Source of the DNA: an uncultured Acidobacteriota bacterium
GTDB lineage: Bacteria > Acidobacteriota > Thermoanaerobaculia > Multivoradales > JAHEKO01
Reading direction: 5' to 3'
Assembly (NCBI GenBank): GCA_963713825.1
Contig: CAVQNG010000014.1
Span: 128,001-192,000, forward strand
DNA: 64,000 bases
Positions 17,914 to 26,915 of the stretch are shown here, piece by piece; the stretch's first letter is position 1; every line of letters starts with the position of its first letter. Below the pieces are notes generated by a model, which was given only the letters and a program-made list of their open reading frames with translations, was not told the origin of the DNA and did no database searches. The translations under genes were made by a program, and so were the position numbers.

Positions 17914-18782
17914 AGGTCCCGAGGATGGTATGGGTCCTGGGCGTCGTTGCCTTGGCGCCGACCTCCGGTATTCACGCCTGGCACGCCCAAGGGCATCGCA
18001 TCACGACGTACGAAGCTGTGACTCTCCTGTCGGAGGAGCTACCTCGATTCCTGCAAGCCGGTCGTGAACAGATGGCCGCGGACTCGGTCGATCCCGATCT
18101 GATGCGGAACCGCGACCTACCGCAGTTACGGGACCGAGAGGCACCGAATCACTACCTCGATCTCGAGCTCTTGCCTCTCGGAGTGCTGCCTGATGCACGC
18201 AGCGAATTCCTCCAGTACCTAGCCTCGCGAGAGGTCTACCTGGGAGTCGAGGATGTCGGTACCTTGCCCTATGCGGTGGTCGAAGCGACGCAGCGTCTGA
18301 CGCTCGCCTTCGCTCAGGTCCGGAGTCAGCCGAAGAATGAGCATCTGCAGGCCAAAGCCATGCTGTTCGCTGCATATTTGGCTCACTATGCTCAAGATCT
18401 CTGTCAGCCGCTGCACACCACGATCCATCATGATGGGCGAGCCTTGGAGGACCAGTCCTCACCGCATACCGGAATTCACCATCGAGTGGACGCTCTGATC
18501 GAGCGCTTGAAGCCGCAGGAGTCCGGCGAGGACGGGCTCTTCGAGCCGCAGGCTCTGAAGCCGATTCTTCCTGCGGTTTTCGAGGAGTTGAAGCGTAGTC
18601 ATTCCCACGTCGAGAGGGTGTATCGCCTGGCAGCCGATCTCGAGGCCCTGGAAGGAGGCGCCCAGCCTTCCGCCGAATTGCGAGCCCTCACCGAAGAGCG
18701 CTATCGGGCCGCGATTCGTTTTACGGCGAACCTCATCCTGACGGCCTGGCGTGACTCGGCAGATCTGCGCCCGACCGATTGA
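17910..18782 (+). CDS. Secreted Zn-dependent S1/P1 nuclease / phospholipase C-like protein
   Basis: Signal peptide followed by W-x3-GH, PD, HYLD, HYAQDLCQPLH and IHHRVD. ATGA overlap with the DUF1820 gene. Confidence 0.8.
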   Translation: MKVPRMVWVLGVVALAPTSGIHAWHAQGHRITTYEAVTLLSEELPRFLQAGREQMAADSVDPDLMRNRDLPQLRDREAPNHYLDLELLPLGVLPDARSEFLQYLASREVYLGVEDVGTLPYAVVEATQRLTLAFAQVRSQPKNEHLQAKAMLFAAYLAHYAQDLCQPLHTTIHHDGRALEDQSSPHTGIHHRVDALIERLKPQESGEDGLFEPQALKPILPAVFEELKRSHSHVERVYRLAADLEALEGGAQPSAELRALTEERYRAAIRFTANLILTAWRDSADLRPTD

Positions 18783-18808
18783 GGCGCTGCCAGTCAGCCA
18801 CCGAACAA

Positions 18809-19777
18809 CTAGGTGCCGCTCCGGTAGAGCTCCCGGACCCAGAGTGCATCTTCCGAAGTGAGAGGTGAGCCTGCCAGCGCGGCGGCGTCCACGTGGTGGG
18901 GACGCCGAAGTCCGAGCAGCACGCAGGCGGAGGGCGCGTCTTCGAGCAACGCCCCGACCAGAGACGACAGAACGGGGTTCGGAAGCGACGGGAAACGGGC
19001 CTCGACGGCCTTGCGACAGTCTCGATAGTGCGCCAGTTGTTCGGTATCGCTGAAGCCCGGAACGCGGGTTCTGTGATCTCCGGTACCCAGTGCTGGAGGC
19101 TCTCGATAGTTGCCGAGCAGTAGGCCGTGCTTGAGGGGAGAAAAGAAAGCGACACCGATGTCGTTCGCCTCGACCCAGGTTGCGAGGCCACTGACCTCCC
19201 ACGAGTCATCCACGACATTGCGATAAGGCTGAACGACGTCCGGGTCGACCTGCTGGGCGTAGTGGAGGATCTTCTCCGACTTCCAGTCGGACAGGCCGAT
19301 GAAGCGAATCTTGCCCTCGTCTCGAAATCGTCGAATCCGATCTACAGCGTCATCGAGGAACTCATCGTCGGGGCCGAAATCGCAGTGGTGCAGGTAGTAC
19401 AAGTCGATGTGATCGGTGTGCAGATTGCCGAGCGACAGCTCCAACTGGCGTCGCATTTGATCGGGGTGGTAGAAGTGGCTGTGATCGCCGGCATCCCAGC
19501 CGACCTTGCTGGCCAGGAAGATCTGCTGTCGCGGCACGGTGTCCCAGAGACTCCCGATGGAGCGCTCGGCGCTGCCATCACCATAGACGTCGGCGGTGTC
19601 CCAATGCGTCAGACCTCGCTCGTACGCCAGGAGCAGAGCGGCTTGCGCTGCCTCGGCGTCGTAGCCGGACCAGCCGACCGGGTGCTTGCCGACCAGCTTT
19701 GGTCCGCCATGGCCCCATGTTCCCAGAGAGACTCGCGGCACCTCGATTCCGGTTCTTCCCAGACGGACGCTCTCCAC
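18809..19777 (-). CDS. Aldo/keto reductase
   Basis: LGTWG, DTADVYGDG, SKVG, IDLYYLH and GKIRFIGLS motifs. Confidence 0.93.
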   Translation of the reverse strand: MESVRLGRTGIEVPRVSLGTWGHGGPKLVGKHPVGWSGYDAEAAQAALLLAYERGLTHWDTADVYGDGSAERSIGSLWDTVPRQQIFLASKVGWDAGDHSHFYHPDQMRRQLELSLGNLHTDHIDLYYLHHCDFGPDDEFLDDAVDRIRRFRDEGKIRFIGLSDWKSEKILHYAQQVDPDVVQPYRNVVDDSWEVSGLATWVEANDIGVAFFSPLKHGLLLGNYREPPALGTGDHRTRVPGFSDTEQLAHYRDCRKAVEARFPSLPNPVLSSLVGALLEDAPSACVLLGLRRPHHVDAAALAGSPLTSEDALWVRELYRSGT

Positions 19778-19960
19778 ACCAGGTCTCCTCTCAGATTCGA
19801 CGATGCTGTCGAATCCGAATCCTAGCTCACTGCTGTCGGACGCTGAGGCAGTGAGGAAGAGTGGCAGCCAGGGCTCGAGAGAAGGGATCGGACTACAATG
19901 TAGGGCACGGGGTGCGGAGCTCCAATCCAGGAGGCGCGCCCGCCATGGAGTGACCGAACA

Positions 19961-20785
19961 ATGAGTGAGCTCGAAGATTTCGAGAAAGAGCCGACACTAG
20001 AGACCGAGACCTCGGATCTTCCCCGTTGGCCTTACTGGGTAGGAGCGTTGGTGTTGGTGGCCGTCATCGTCGCAGTCGTCATGCTCAGGAACCGACCCGA
20101 AGAGGTGATGGAGGCTCCGGCGCCGTCGGCGCCACCCGTCGCTGCAGCGGCACCCTCGACGGATACGAGCGCACCCTTGGAGATCGGGGCACTGCCGGAG
20201 CTGGATGACAGCGATGCCTGGCTTCGGGACCTGATCGGGCAGCTTTCTGCCCATCCCGAGCTGGCGGAGTGGCTGGTCACGGACGAGATGGCTCGCCGAT
20301 TCGTGGCCATCGTCGACAATCTCGCTGAGGGTACGAGTCCCAGAAGTCACTTGCCCTTCATGGAGCCCGACGAAGCGTTCAAGGTCGTCGAGAGAGACGG
20401 TCGCACCTTTGTGGATCCAGCGAGCTATCAGCGGTACGACACGGCGGTCGAGGTGGTGACATCGATCGACAGCGCGGGAGCCGCGCAGCTCTACACCGCA
20501 CTGTTGCCACTATTTCGAGAGGCTTATCGCGATCTGGGCTACCCGGGGCAGAGCTTCGACGACGCCATGCAATTGGCGTTGGGGCGGTTGATGGAGACGC
20601 CTGTGGTGCGAGGCGACGTCGAGGTCGTGCCCAAGATCTCCTCGTATGAGCTGGCCGACCCGACCCTCGAAGAGCTGCCCTCCGCCTGCAAGAACTTCCT
20701 GCGCTTTGGTCCGAAGAACCTACGGCAGCTGCAGGCGAAGGCCCAGGAGATTGCGACCCTGGCCCGTCTCGAGTTGGACGGATAG
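19961..20785 (+). CDS. DUF3014 domain membrane-anchored protein
   Basis: N-terminal TM helix, LPELDDSD, RRFVAIVDNLAEG, YQRYD, AYRDLGYP and LRFGPKN. Confidence 0.85.
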   Translation: MSELEDFEKEPTLETETSDLPRWPYWVGALVLVAVIVAVVMLRNRPEEVMEAPAPSAPPVAAAAPSTDTSAPLEIGALPELDDSDAWLRDLIGQLSAHPELAEWLVTDEMARRFVAIVDNLAEGTSPRSHLPFMEPDEAFKVVERDGRTFVDPASYQRYDTAVEVVTSIDSAGAAQLYTALLPLFREAYRDLGYPGQSFDDAMQLALGRLMETPVVRGDVEVVPKISSYELADPTLEELPSACKNFLRFGPKNLRQLQAKAQEIATLARLELDG

Positions 20786-20801
20786 GGGCCGGCCGAATGG
20801 G

Positions 20802-21164
20802 TCAGTCGCACTGGCGCTCCCACAGTTCATGGCAGACGCGGGATACGGTCTTGTAGGTTCGGGCCTGGCCCAAGCGAAATCCGGAATGCATGGCAACGGC
20901 AAGGACACCAAGCGTAAACACCGAGTCGGTAGAGGCGCCCAGCGGCAGGAAAGGTCGCGGTCCTGAGTGGAAGGCCAGCAGGATGCCGATGGCGATCCAG
21001 TCGACCAGGGCGACGAGGAGGGCTCTTTTCCGAGCTTTGGTCAGGACTTCACTCTCGGGTCTTTCTGACCCTCGCTCGTCGACAGGGCCGTCGGGTAGGC
21101 CGACGTTTCGCAGCTCGGCCACATCTTCGATCAGCATCGAGGTCACCGCTTTGGTACGCCACAT
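20802..21164 (-). CDS. Small hypothetical membrane protein
   Basis: Two hydrophobic helices and a GGAG RBS; fills the gap between neighbouring genes. Confidence 0.6.
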   Translation of the reverse strand: MWRTKAVTSMLIEDVAELRNVGLPDGPVDERGSERPESEVLTKARKRALLVALVDWIAIGILLAFHSGPRPFLPLGASTDSVFTLGVLAVAMHSGFRLGQARTYKTVSRVCHELWERQCD

Positions 21165-21313
21165 GAAGTCTCCCGTCCTCTCTCTCCAACTCGCGGAGCG
21201 TGCAGGGCCATCGCGACCAGGTTCATGCTACTTCAGGACGCCTGCGCGCAGTGCCTTGCGAGGATCGGTTCGATTGGTATCAATCGTCTCGAGGTCGTCG
21301 AAAGGAGCTCAGG

Positions 21314-22144
21314 GTGCCAGTGACCTTCAAGCTTGTAGCCGCTAGCTGTCTGCTGATCTTCTCGGTTTTACCGCTGCCGGTGACGGCTGAGACCCTCTCC
21401 GTCGCACCTGGCGGAGTCGTACGCTGGCCGGGGGTAGAGGGTGACCGATGTGGGCGAGCGGACCGTACCTGGGAGTCGGTGACGGGCGATTGTTGGTACC
21501 CGATCGACCTGCTGGCAGGGGAAGGAGATGTGCAACTGTGGCGCTGGCGACAAGGTCGGAAGGAAACAGCGACCGTCCGCGTGTCGCCCTATCCGTACGA
21601 GGTTCAGCACATCACCCTGAAGGACGATTCGCAGGTCAATCTGTCGGCGGCCGATCTGGCCAGGGTCAGAGAGGAGAACGGGCGAATCGGTGCTCTTTGG
21701 GCTCTCGATACACCCCGGCGATTCGAGTTGCCACTGTCGGCCCCTCTCGAACCGCTGCCGGCGGGCGGGCGGTTCGGATCCAGGCGTTTCTTCAACAACC
21801 AGCCCCGCAACCCTCACACCGGGGCCGACTATTCCGCAGCTGAAGGAACGCCGGTTCTCTCGATCGGGGACGGAAGTGTAGCCCTGGCCGGCGATTTCTT
21901 CTTCTCCGGGGGAAGTGTCTTCCTCGACCACGGGGATGGCTTGATCTCGATGTACTTCCACCTGAAGGAGCTCTCGGTCGAGCCAGGTCGAGAGGTCGAG
22001 AGAGGCCAGGTGATCGGCACTGTTGGGCAAACGGGGCGGGCTACTGGGCCGCACCTCCACATGGGATTGCGCTGGCGCGGTGCCAGGGTGGATCCCGCAC
22101 TCCTGATGGAGCAAATAGAGCAGATTCCAACGATTCCAGAGTAG
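21314..22144 (+). CDS. M23 family metallopeptidase
   Basis: HTGAD and TGPHLH motifs, a signal peptide, and AAGGAG before GTG 21314. Confidence 0.92.
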   Translation: MPVTFKLVAASCLLIFSVLPLPVTAETLSVAPGGVVRWPGVEGDRCGRADRTWESVTGDCWYPIDLLAGEGDVQLWRWRQGRKETATVRVSPYPYEVQHITLKDDSQVNLSAADLARVREENGRIGALWALDTPRRFELPLSAPLEPLPAGGRFGSRRFFNNQPRNPHTGADYSAAEGTPVLSIGDGSVALAGDFFFSGGSVFLDHGDGLISMYFHLKELSVEPGREVERGQVIGTVGQTGRATGPHLHMGLRWRGARVDPALLMEQIEQIPTIPE

Positions 22145-22145
22145 G

Positions 22146-22181
22146 GAAGGGGCTTCGTTTCCTGCCGCGGTTGGCCCCTTC
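22146..22181. terminator. Hairpin between convergent M23 and M16 genes
   Basis: GAAGGGGC/GCCCCTTC 8-bp stem with a 20-nt loop. Confidence 0.4.
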
Positions 22182-22189
22182 AGACCCTC

Positions 22190-25059
22190 TTACTCCTCTG
22201 TCGTCTCGGCGTTGGCTCCGCCCTGCACCGGCGCCTCCGGAAGGAGAATAGCCTGCATCCTATTGTCGCTACTCAGGTACTTCTGGGCCGTCGCTTTGAA
22301 ATTCTCCGGCGTGACCCGCGCCAGTAGAGCGTCATAATCCAGCACCAGCCTGGGGTCCATGCCCCGGGTGTAGTAGGTCCTCAGAACCGAGACCCAGAAG
22401 CCGTTCTCTTTGAGGCTGACCTCACGTCGTCGACGCTGTGCCTCTTGTACTTTCTCGGCGTAGCTCTGGTCGAGGCCGCTCTGCTGAACGATCTCGAGCT
22501 CTTTTTTGACAGCCGTGATCATCTCCTCGACATTCTCCGGAGCACAGCCAAATCCGATCGTAAAGAGGTAGCGCTCCTTGGGCCGATCGACGAGGATGCC
22601 ATTCACTCCGACACCGTAGGTAGCACCCATGTCCTCTCTCAGGACCTCCCGAAGGCGAATCCGCAACGCCGCCGCCAAGGACTGGAGGTCATGCAGATTC
22701 TCTCGACTCCACTCGGCTGGTCCGCGGAGAAGAAGTTGGACTCGGCTCTTGGGCTCGAGTCCACGATGCATGGTGATTTCGAGCTTCCCCTCGACGGGAT
22801 CGGCACCGACATCACGCCAGGTCTCCTGGCGATCGGTGCTGGGAAGTCCGCCCAGGTAGCGCTCGACGAGTGGGCGAACGCCTTCGAGCTCGAAGCTCCC
22901 GACGATGAGAAACGTGAAGTCGCTGGTATCAGCAAAGCGATCTTGGAAGACTTCCAACGCCGTCGCAAGATCGATGTCCTGCAGGACATCGATGGAAATC
23001 GGACGTCTTCGGAGATGACCTCCGTAGGTTACGGTCTGCACTTCGTCACTGAACGCAAGCTCGGGACGGGACTCGCGATTCTCGATGAAGGATTCCATCC
23101 TGGTCATGAAGGCCTGATAGGCGTCTGGGTCGGCCCTGGGAGCTGTTAGCGAAAGGTAGATCAGCTGGAAGAGCGTCTCGAGATCCTGTGGCGATGCGCT
23201 CGCTGAAACACCCTCCTCGAGCTCGCCGATGAAGGGACTGACGCTGACCAGCTTTCCCGCCATGGCCTTCTCCAGCTCGATGGCGTCGAATTCTCCGGCG
23301 CCACCTTCCGCCACCAGGGTGTCGGCGAAAGACCGCGGAGTTGTAATGGGGATCGGGAACAAGAGAATGACCTCCCGGGCTGAATCCCGTCAAGAGCACC
23401 TGATCGTTCTTGAAGTCCGTAGGCTTCAATACGACTCGAATTCCGTTCTCTAGTCGCCATTCGGTGACACCGATCTCCTCGATGCTGCGCTCCTCGACGA
23501 CTGGCGATGCCGTCGGGTTCGTTTTCGAGCAGCGGCTTGTCACGAGTGCGGTCGACGAAGGCCGCCACATCGCGGGCGGCAACGCTCTCGAAGGCGGCAG
23601 CAAGCGCCTGTTCGTCAGGCAGAGTTTGATCTGCCTTCTCGGGTCCGCTCAACAGCACCACTCTGTTGGATTGTTGAATCGCTTTGTCGGCCAGTTCGTT
23701 GAGCTCATCGAGAGAGATCGTCGGCAGAAACTCGCGTACGATCTCGAGCTCCATTTCGATCCCTGGGATGGGCTCTTGCTCGAGAAAATGACGCATGTAC
23801 TCCGCAGCGAGGGAGCCCGATTCACGCTTGTCCCTTTCGACGTAGGCCTGTTCGTACGCTCGTAGGAGATCGGCCTTGAGCCGATCCAGCTCGGTCTGTG
23901 TGAAGCCATGGCGGTCGGCTCGCTCGGCTTCCGTCAAAAGAGCCTCCAGACCGCGGATCACCTGGCCTTCGCGCACACCTGCGGCCTGGATGTAGAAATC
24001 TCTCGATCGGACGATCCCCGCCGAAGCCGACACCCCGTACAGAAACGGCGGGTCGGCCTCCTGGGTCAGCTCGCTGAGCCGGGCATTGACCATGCCGTGA
24101 TAGAGCTGTTCCACCAGCTGGTCTCTGTAATCCCCGACGGTGCCCCGAGTCTGCTTCGGCATCTTCGAGTAGACGCCTACCGAGGTCATGGCGGCCTCCG
24201 GATCAGTAGTGATGGCGAACAAGTCTCCCTCGTGATCCGGTACCGGGTAGGTCTCTCGTGGTCGTACTTCCTCCGGCATCTCGAGGCCCGAGAAGTGCTG
24301 TCGGATGAGCTTCTGAATCGATTCTGGATCGAAGTCACCGACTGCGATGACCGCCATGAGGTCGGGTCGGTACCAGTCTCGGTAGAATCTCCGGAGTGCT
24401 TCGTGCGGTGCAGATTCGAGGATTTCCACCTTGCCGATCGGTAGGCGCTCGGCGTATCTGGAACCCTCGAAGAGGACTGGGAACTGCTTGTCCCGGATGC
24501 GAGCCTCCGCGCCCCGCCCGAGGCGCCACTCCTCGACGACGACACCTCGTTCCTTGTCGATCTCCTCGCCTTCGAAGGCCAAGCCATGGGCCCAGTCTTC
24601 GAGAATCTGAAAGGCAGTCGCCACCGTCTCGACGTCGTCGGTTGGGATCGTCAGGTTGTAAACCGTCTCATCGAAGCTGGTGAAGGCATTGATGTCAGGC
24701 CCGAACGTCATGCCGATGCTCTCGAGGTAGTTCACCAGCTCCTGCTTGGCGAAGTTGCGGGTACCGTTGAATGCCATGTGCTCGACGAAGTGGGCAAGAC
24801 CCTGCTGATCGTCGTCTTCCTGGATGGAGCCAGCATTGACCACGAGCCAGAGCTCGGCACGGTTCTCCGGCTTCTGGTTGGTGCGGATGAGGTAGGTGAG
24901 CCCGTTGTCGAGCTGGCCCTTCACGATCGCGTCTTCGACGCTCAGTACAGTCGAGAGCTCGAGCCCGGGTTCCGGCTGCAGCGCTGGTTCCTGAGCTGAA
25001 GCCAGGCAGGCTGCCAGGATTCCGATGCTCAGTAGGAGGTAGGGTCTTGTGCTTCGCAT
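22190..25059 (-). pseudogene. M16 (PqqL-like) zinc protease split by two +1 frameshifts (possibly sequencing errors)
   Basis: Signal peptide and HFVEHMAFNGT. Homology continues across three frames, switching at about 23516 and about 23329. Confidence 0.85.
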
Positions 25060-25145
25060 GTCGTTGTCCTCGAAAGTCGGTGTTCTGGGCCAGCCGAATG
25101 TGCTGGAGGCCTACTATATCCGTCGCTGGGTGCAATTCAGATGGG

Positions 25146-25173
25146 TGAAACTTTTTGGCTCGGTCTCCGTCAT
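25146..25173 (+). promoter_or_regulatory. ECF-sigma (sigmaW/X-like) promoter
   Basis: TGAAAC-16 bp-CGTCAT, about 57 bp upstream of ORF 25230. Confidence 0.6.
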
Positions 25174-25229
25174 ATGGAGTAGTTGACGATTTCGCTGGCA
25201 GTTGAAAGAACCTGAAGGAGAGATCGAAC

Positions 25230-25796
25230 ATGAGACAGAAAGCACTCCGAATCGCAGGCCTTGCATCCGTGCTCCTCCTGGCTGCTGGCGGCGCCATGGC
25301 GGCCGACCTCTGGCTCCACGTCCGAGTTGAAGAGAAAGACGGTGCGACGGTCAAAGTCAACCTGCCTGTCTCCATGCTCGAGAAGGCGGTTGGCATGATC
25401 CCGGAAGAGCACTTCCACGATGGTCGGATCGAGATCGATGACTGGCACACCAGCACGGCCGATCTTCGCGAGCTCTGGTCCGAGCTCAAGAACAGTCCTG
25501 ATATGACTTTCGTGACGGTCCAGGAGGATGACGAGTTCGTCAGGGTCTGGAAGGAATCCGGCTACTTGAAGGTCAATGTTCGAGAGGGCGGAGAGGAAGG
25601 CGAGGGTGGTGACAATGTCGACGTCAGCCTACCCCTGTCGGTGGTCGATGCGCTCCTTTCGGGCGACGACAGCGAGCTGAATATCACCGCCGCCATCGAG
25701 GCCCTGGTCGAAGAGGGCGAGGGCCAGCTGGTTACGGTCAGTGGTGACGACGAGAAGGTCCGGGTCTGGGTCGACCGCGTCGCCGAAGCCGACTAA
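25230..25796 (+). CDS. Secreted acidic hypothetical protein
   Basis: Signal peptide ending AMA, AAGGAG RBS, and an internal repeat of V.V.LP(V/L)S. Confidence 0.8.
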   Translation: MRQKALRIAGLASVLLLAAGGAMAADLWLHVRVEEKDGATVKVNLPVSMLEKAVGMIPEEHFHDGRIEIDDWHTSTADLRELWSELKNSPDMTFVTVQEDDEFVRVWKESGYLKVNVREGGEEGEGGDNVDVSLPLSVVDALLSGDDSELNITAAIEALVEEGEGQLVTVSGDDEKVRVWVDRVAEAD

Positions 25797-25817
25797 CGCG
25801 AAGGGAGCTCGAGAATC

Positions 25818-26270
25818 ATGAAGAAATTCCTGACGTTTCTGGCCGCTGGCTTCGCCGTCCTGATTCTCAGCTGGGTGGTGCTCATCGGTGCCGTCTACGC
25901 CTGGGGCGGGGTGATGACCGTACACGTCGAAGACCGCAACGAAGGATTCAATCTCTACCTGCCCGTGCCTGTAGCGGTGGTCGATGCGGCTGTGGCAACC
26001 GGAGGATTGGTCCTGCCCCGCGAAGAGCTGCTCGATATCGATGTCGACCTGGGAGAGTGGGAGCCCATGCTGCGCGGAATTGTCGAGGCCCTGGATGATT
26101 GTCCCGACGTAACGCTGGTCGAGGTCGAGCATGGTTCGGAGCACGTCAGGGTTTACAAAGAGCACGGAGTTCTGAAGATCGACGTCGATGAGGACGACGT
26201 CAGGATTCGTGTCGCGGTGCCTACTCGAGCGGTTGAACGCAACGCGAAGCGGCTGGCGCGCTGGATCTAG
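25818..26270 (+). CDS. Membrane-anchored hypothetical protein, paralog of the upstream gene
   Basis: N-terminal hydrophobic helix; shares PD.T.V.V...E.VRV.KE.G.LK..V with ORF 25230. Confidence 0.8.
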   Translation: MKKFLTFLAAGFAVLILSWVVLIGAVYAWGGVMTVHVEDRNEGFNLYLPVPVAVVDAAVATGGLVLPREELLDIDVDLGEWEPMLRGIVEALDDCPDVTLVEVEHGSEHVRVYKEHGVLKIDVDEDDVRIRVAVPTRAVERNAKRLARWI

Positions 26271-26307
26271 GGCAGCCGACCACCATCCTTGGAGTCCAGT
26301 AGATACT

Positions 26308-26346
26308 GCCCGATCCGCCTTTTTGGCGGGTCGGGCTTTCCTTTTT
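26308..26346 (+). terminator. Rho-independent terminator
   Basis: GCCCGATCCGCC-TTTTT-GGCGGGTCGGGC followed by TTTCCTTTTT. Confidence 0.9.
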
Positions 26347-26368
26347 CGAGCTTCGGGTGGGGTCTGGG

Positions 26369-26863
26369 TCAGGATTCCATCAGCTGGCGATAGAGGCTGG
26401 ATTCGCGCTGAAAGAAGCCCTGGGTGTGAAAGCTCTCGCGTAGCTCATACAACTCGTAGTCGAGGTGGTGGCAGACCTCGTGGACGAAAGTGCGGAGAAA
26501 AGTCCGAAAGGCCACGACCTGACGCCGCTGGGCGGTCCGCATCCAGACTGAAAGGCGGGCCCGCTGGCCGGGTGGACCTGGTTCGTAGAGGCCGTGCAGC
26601 TCGCTGCGAGCGGCCCGCGGACGAGTGAGTTGAACAATGACCTCGACTGCCTCGACTTTTAACGATTGGGTCAGTGCATCGGCAAGGGCCTGAGTGGCAG
26701 TGGATACGGCCCTTCGATCTTCTGACCGCAGTGCCTTGTCCAGATTCCGGACGAGCGGTCGCAGCTCTTCGAGACCGGGCAGATCCACCGACTCGATGGC
26801 GTCACTGCGTCGATAGATACGCTGCCTTCCAGCACTCAGTCGGTGATAGTAGGCGTATGGCAC
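26369..26863 (-). CDS. Small HExxH (SprT/zincin-like) protein
   Basis: ELHGLY and TFVHEVCHHLD...SFHTQGF motifs. Confidence 0.7.
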   Translation of the reverse strand: MPYAYYHRLSAGRQRIYRRSDAIESVDLPGLEELRPLVRNLDKALRSEDRRAVSTATQALADALTQSLKVEAVEVIVQLTRPRAARSELHGLYEPGPPGQRARLSVWMRTAQRRQVVAFRTFLRTFVHEVCHHLDYELYELRESFHTQGFFQRESSLYRQLMES

Positions 26864-26915
26864 GTGTCCCGAATCGCGGAATGGGAGCGCTGGGAGGAAC
26901 TCGAAAGGCGGACCG

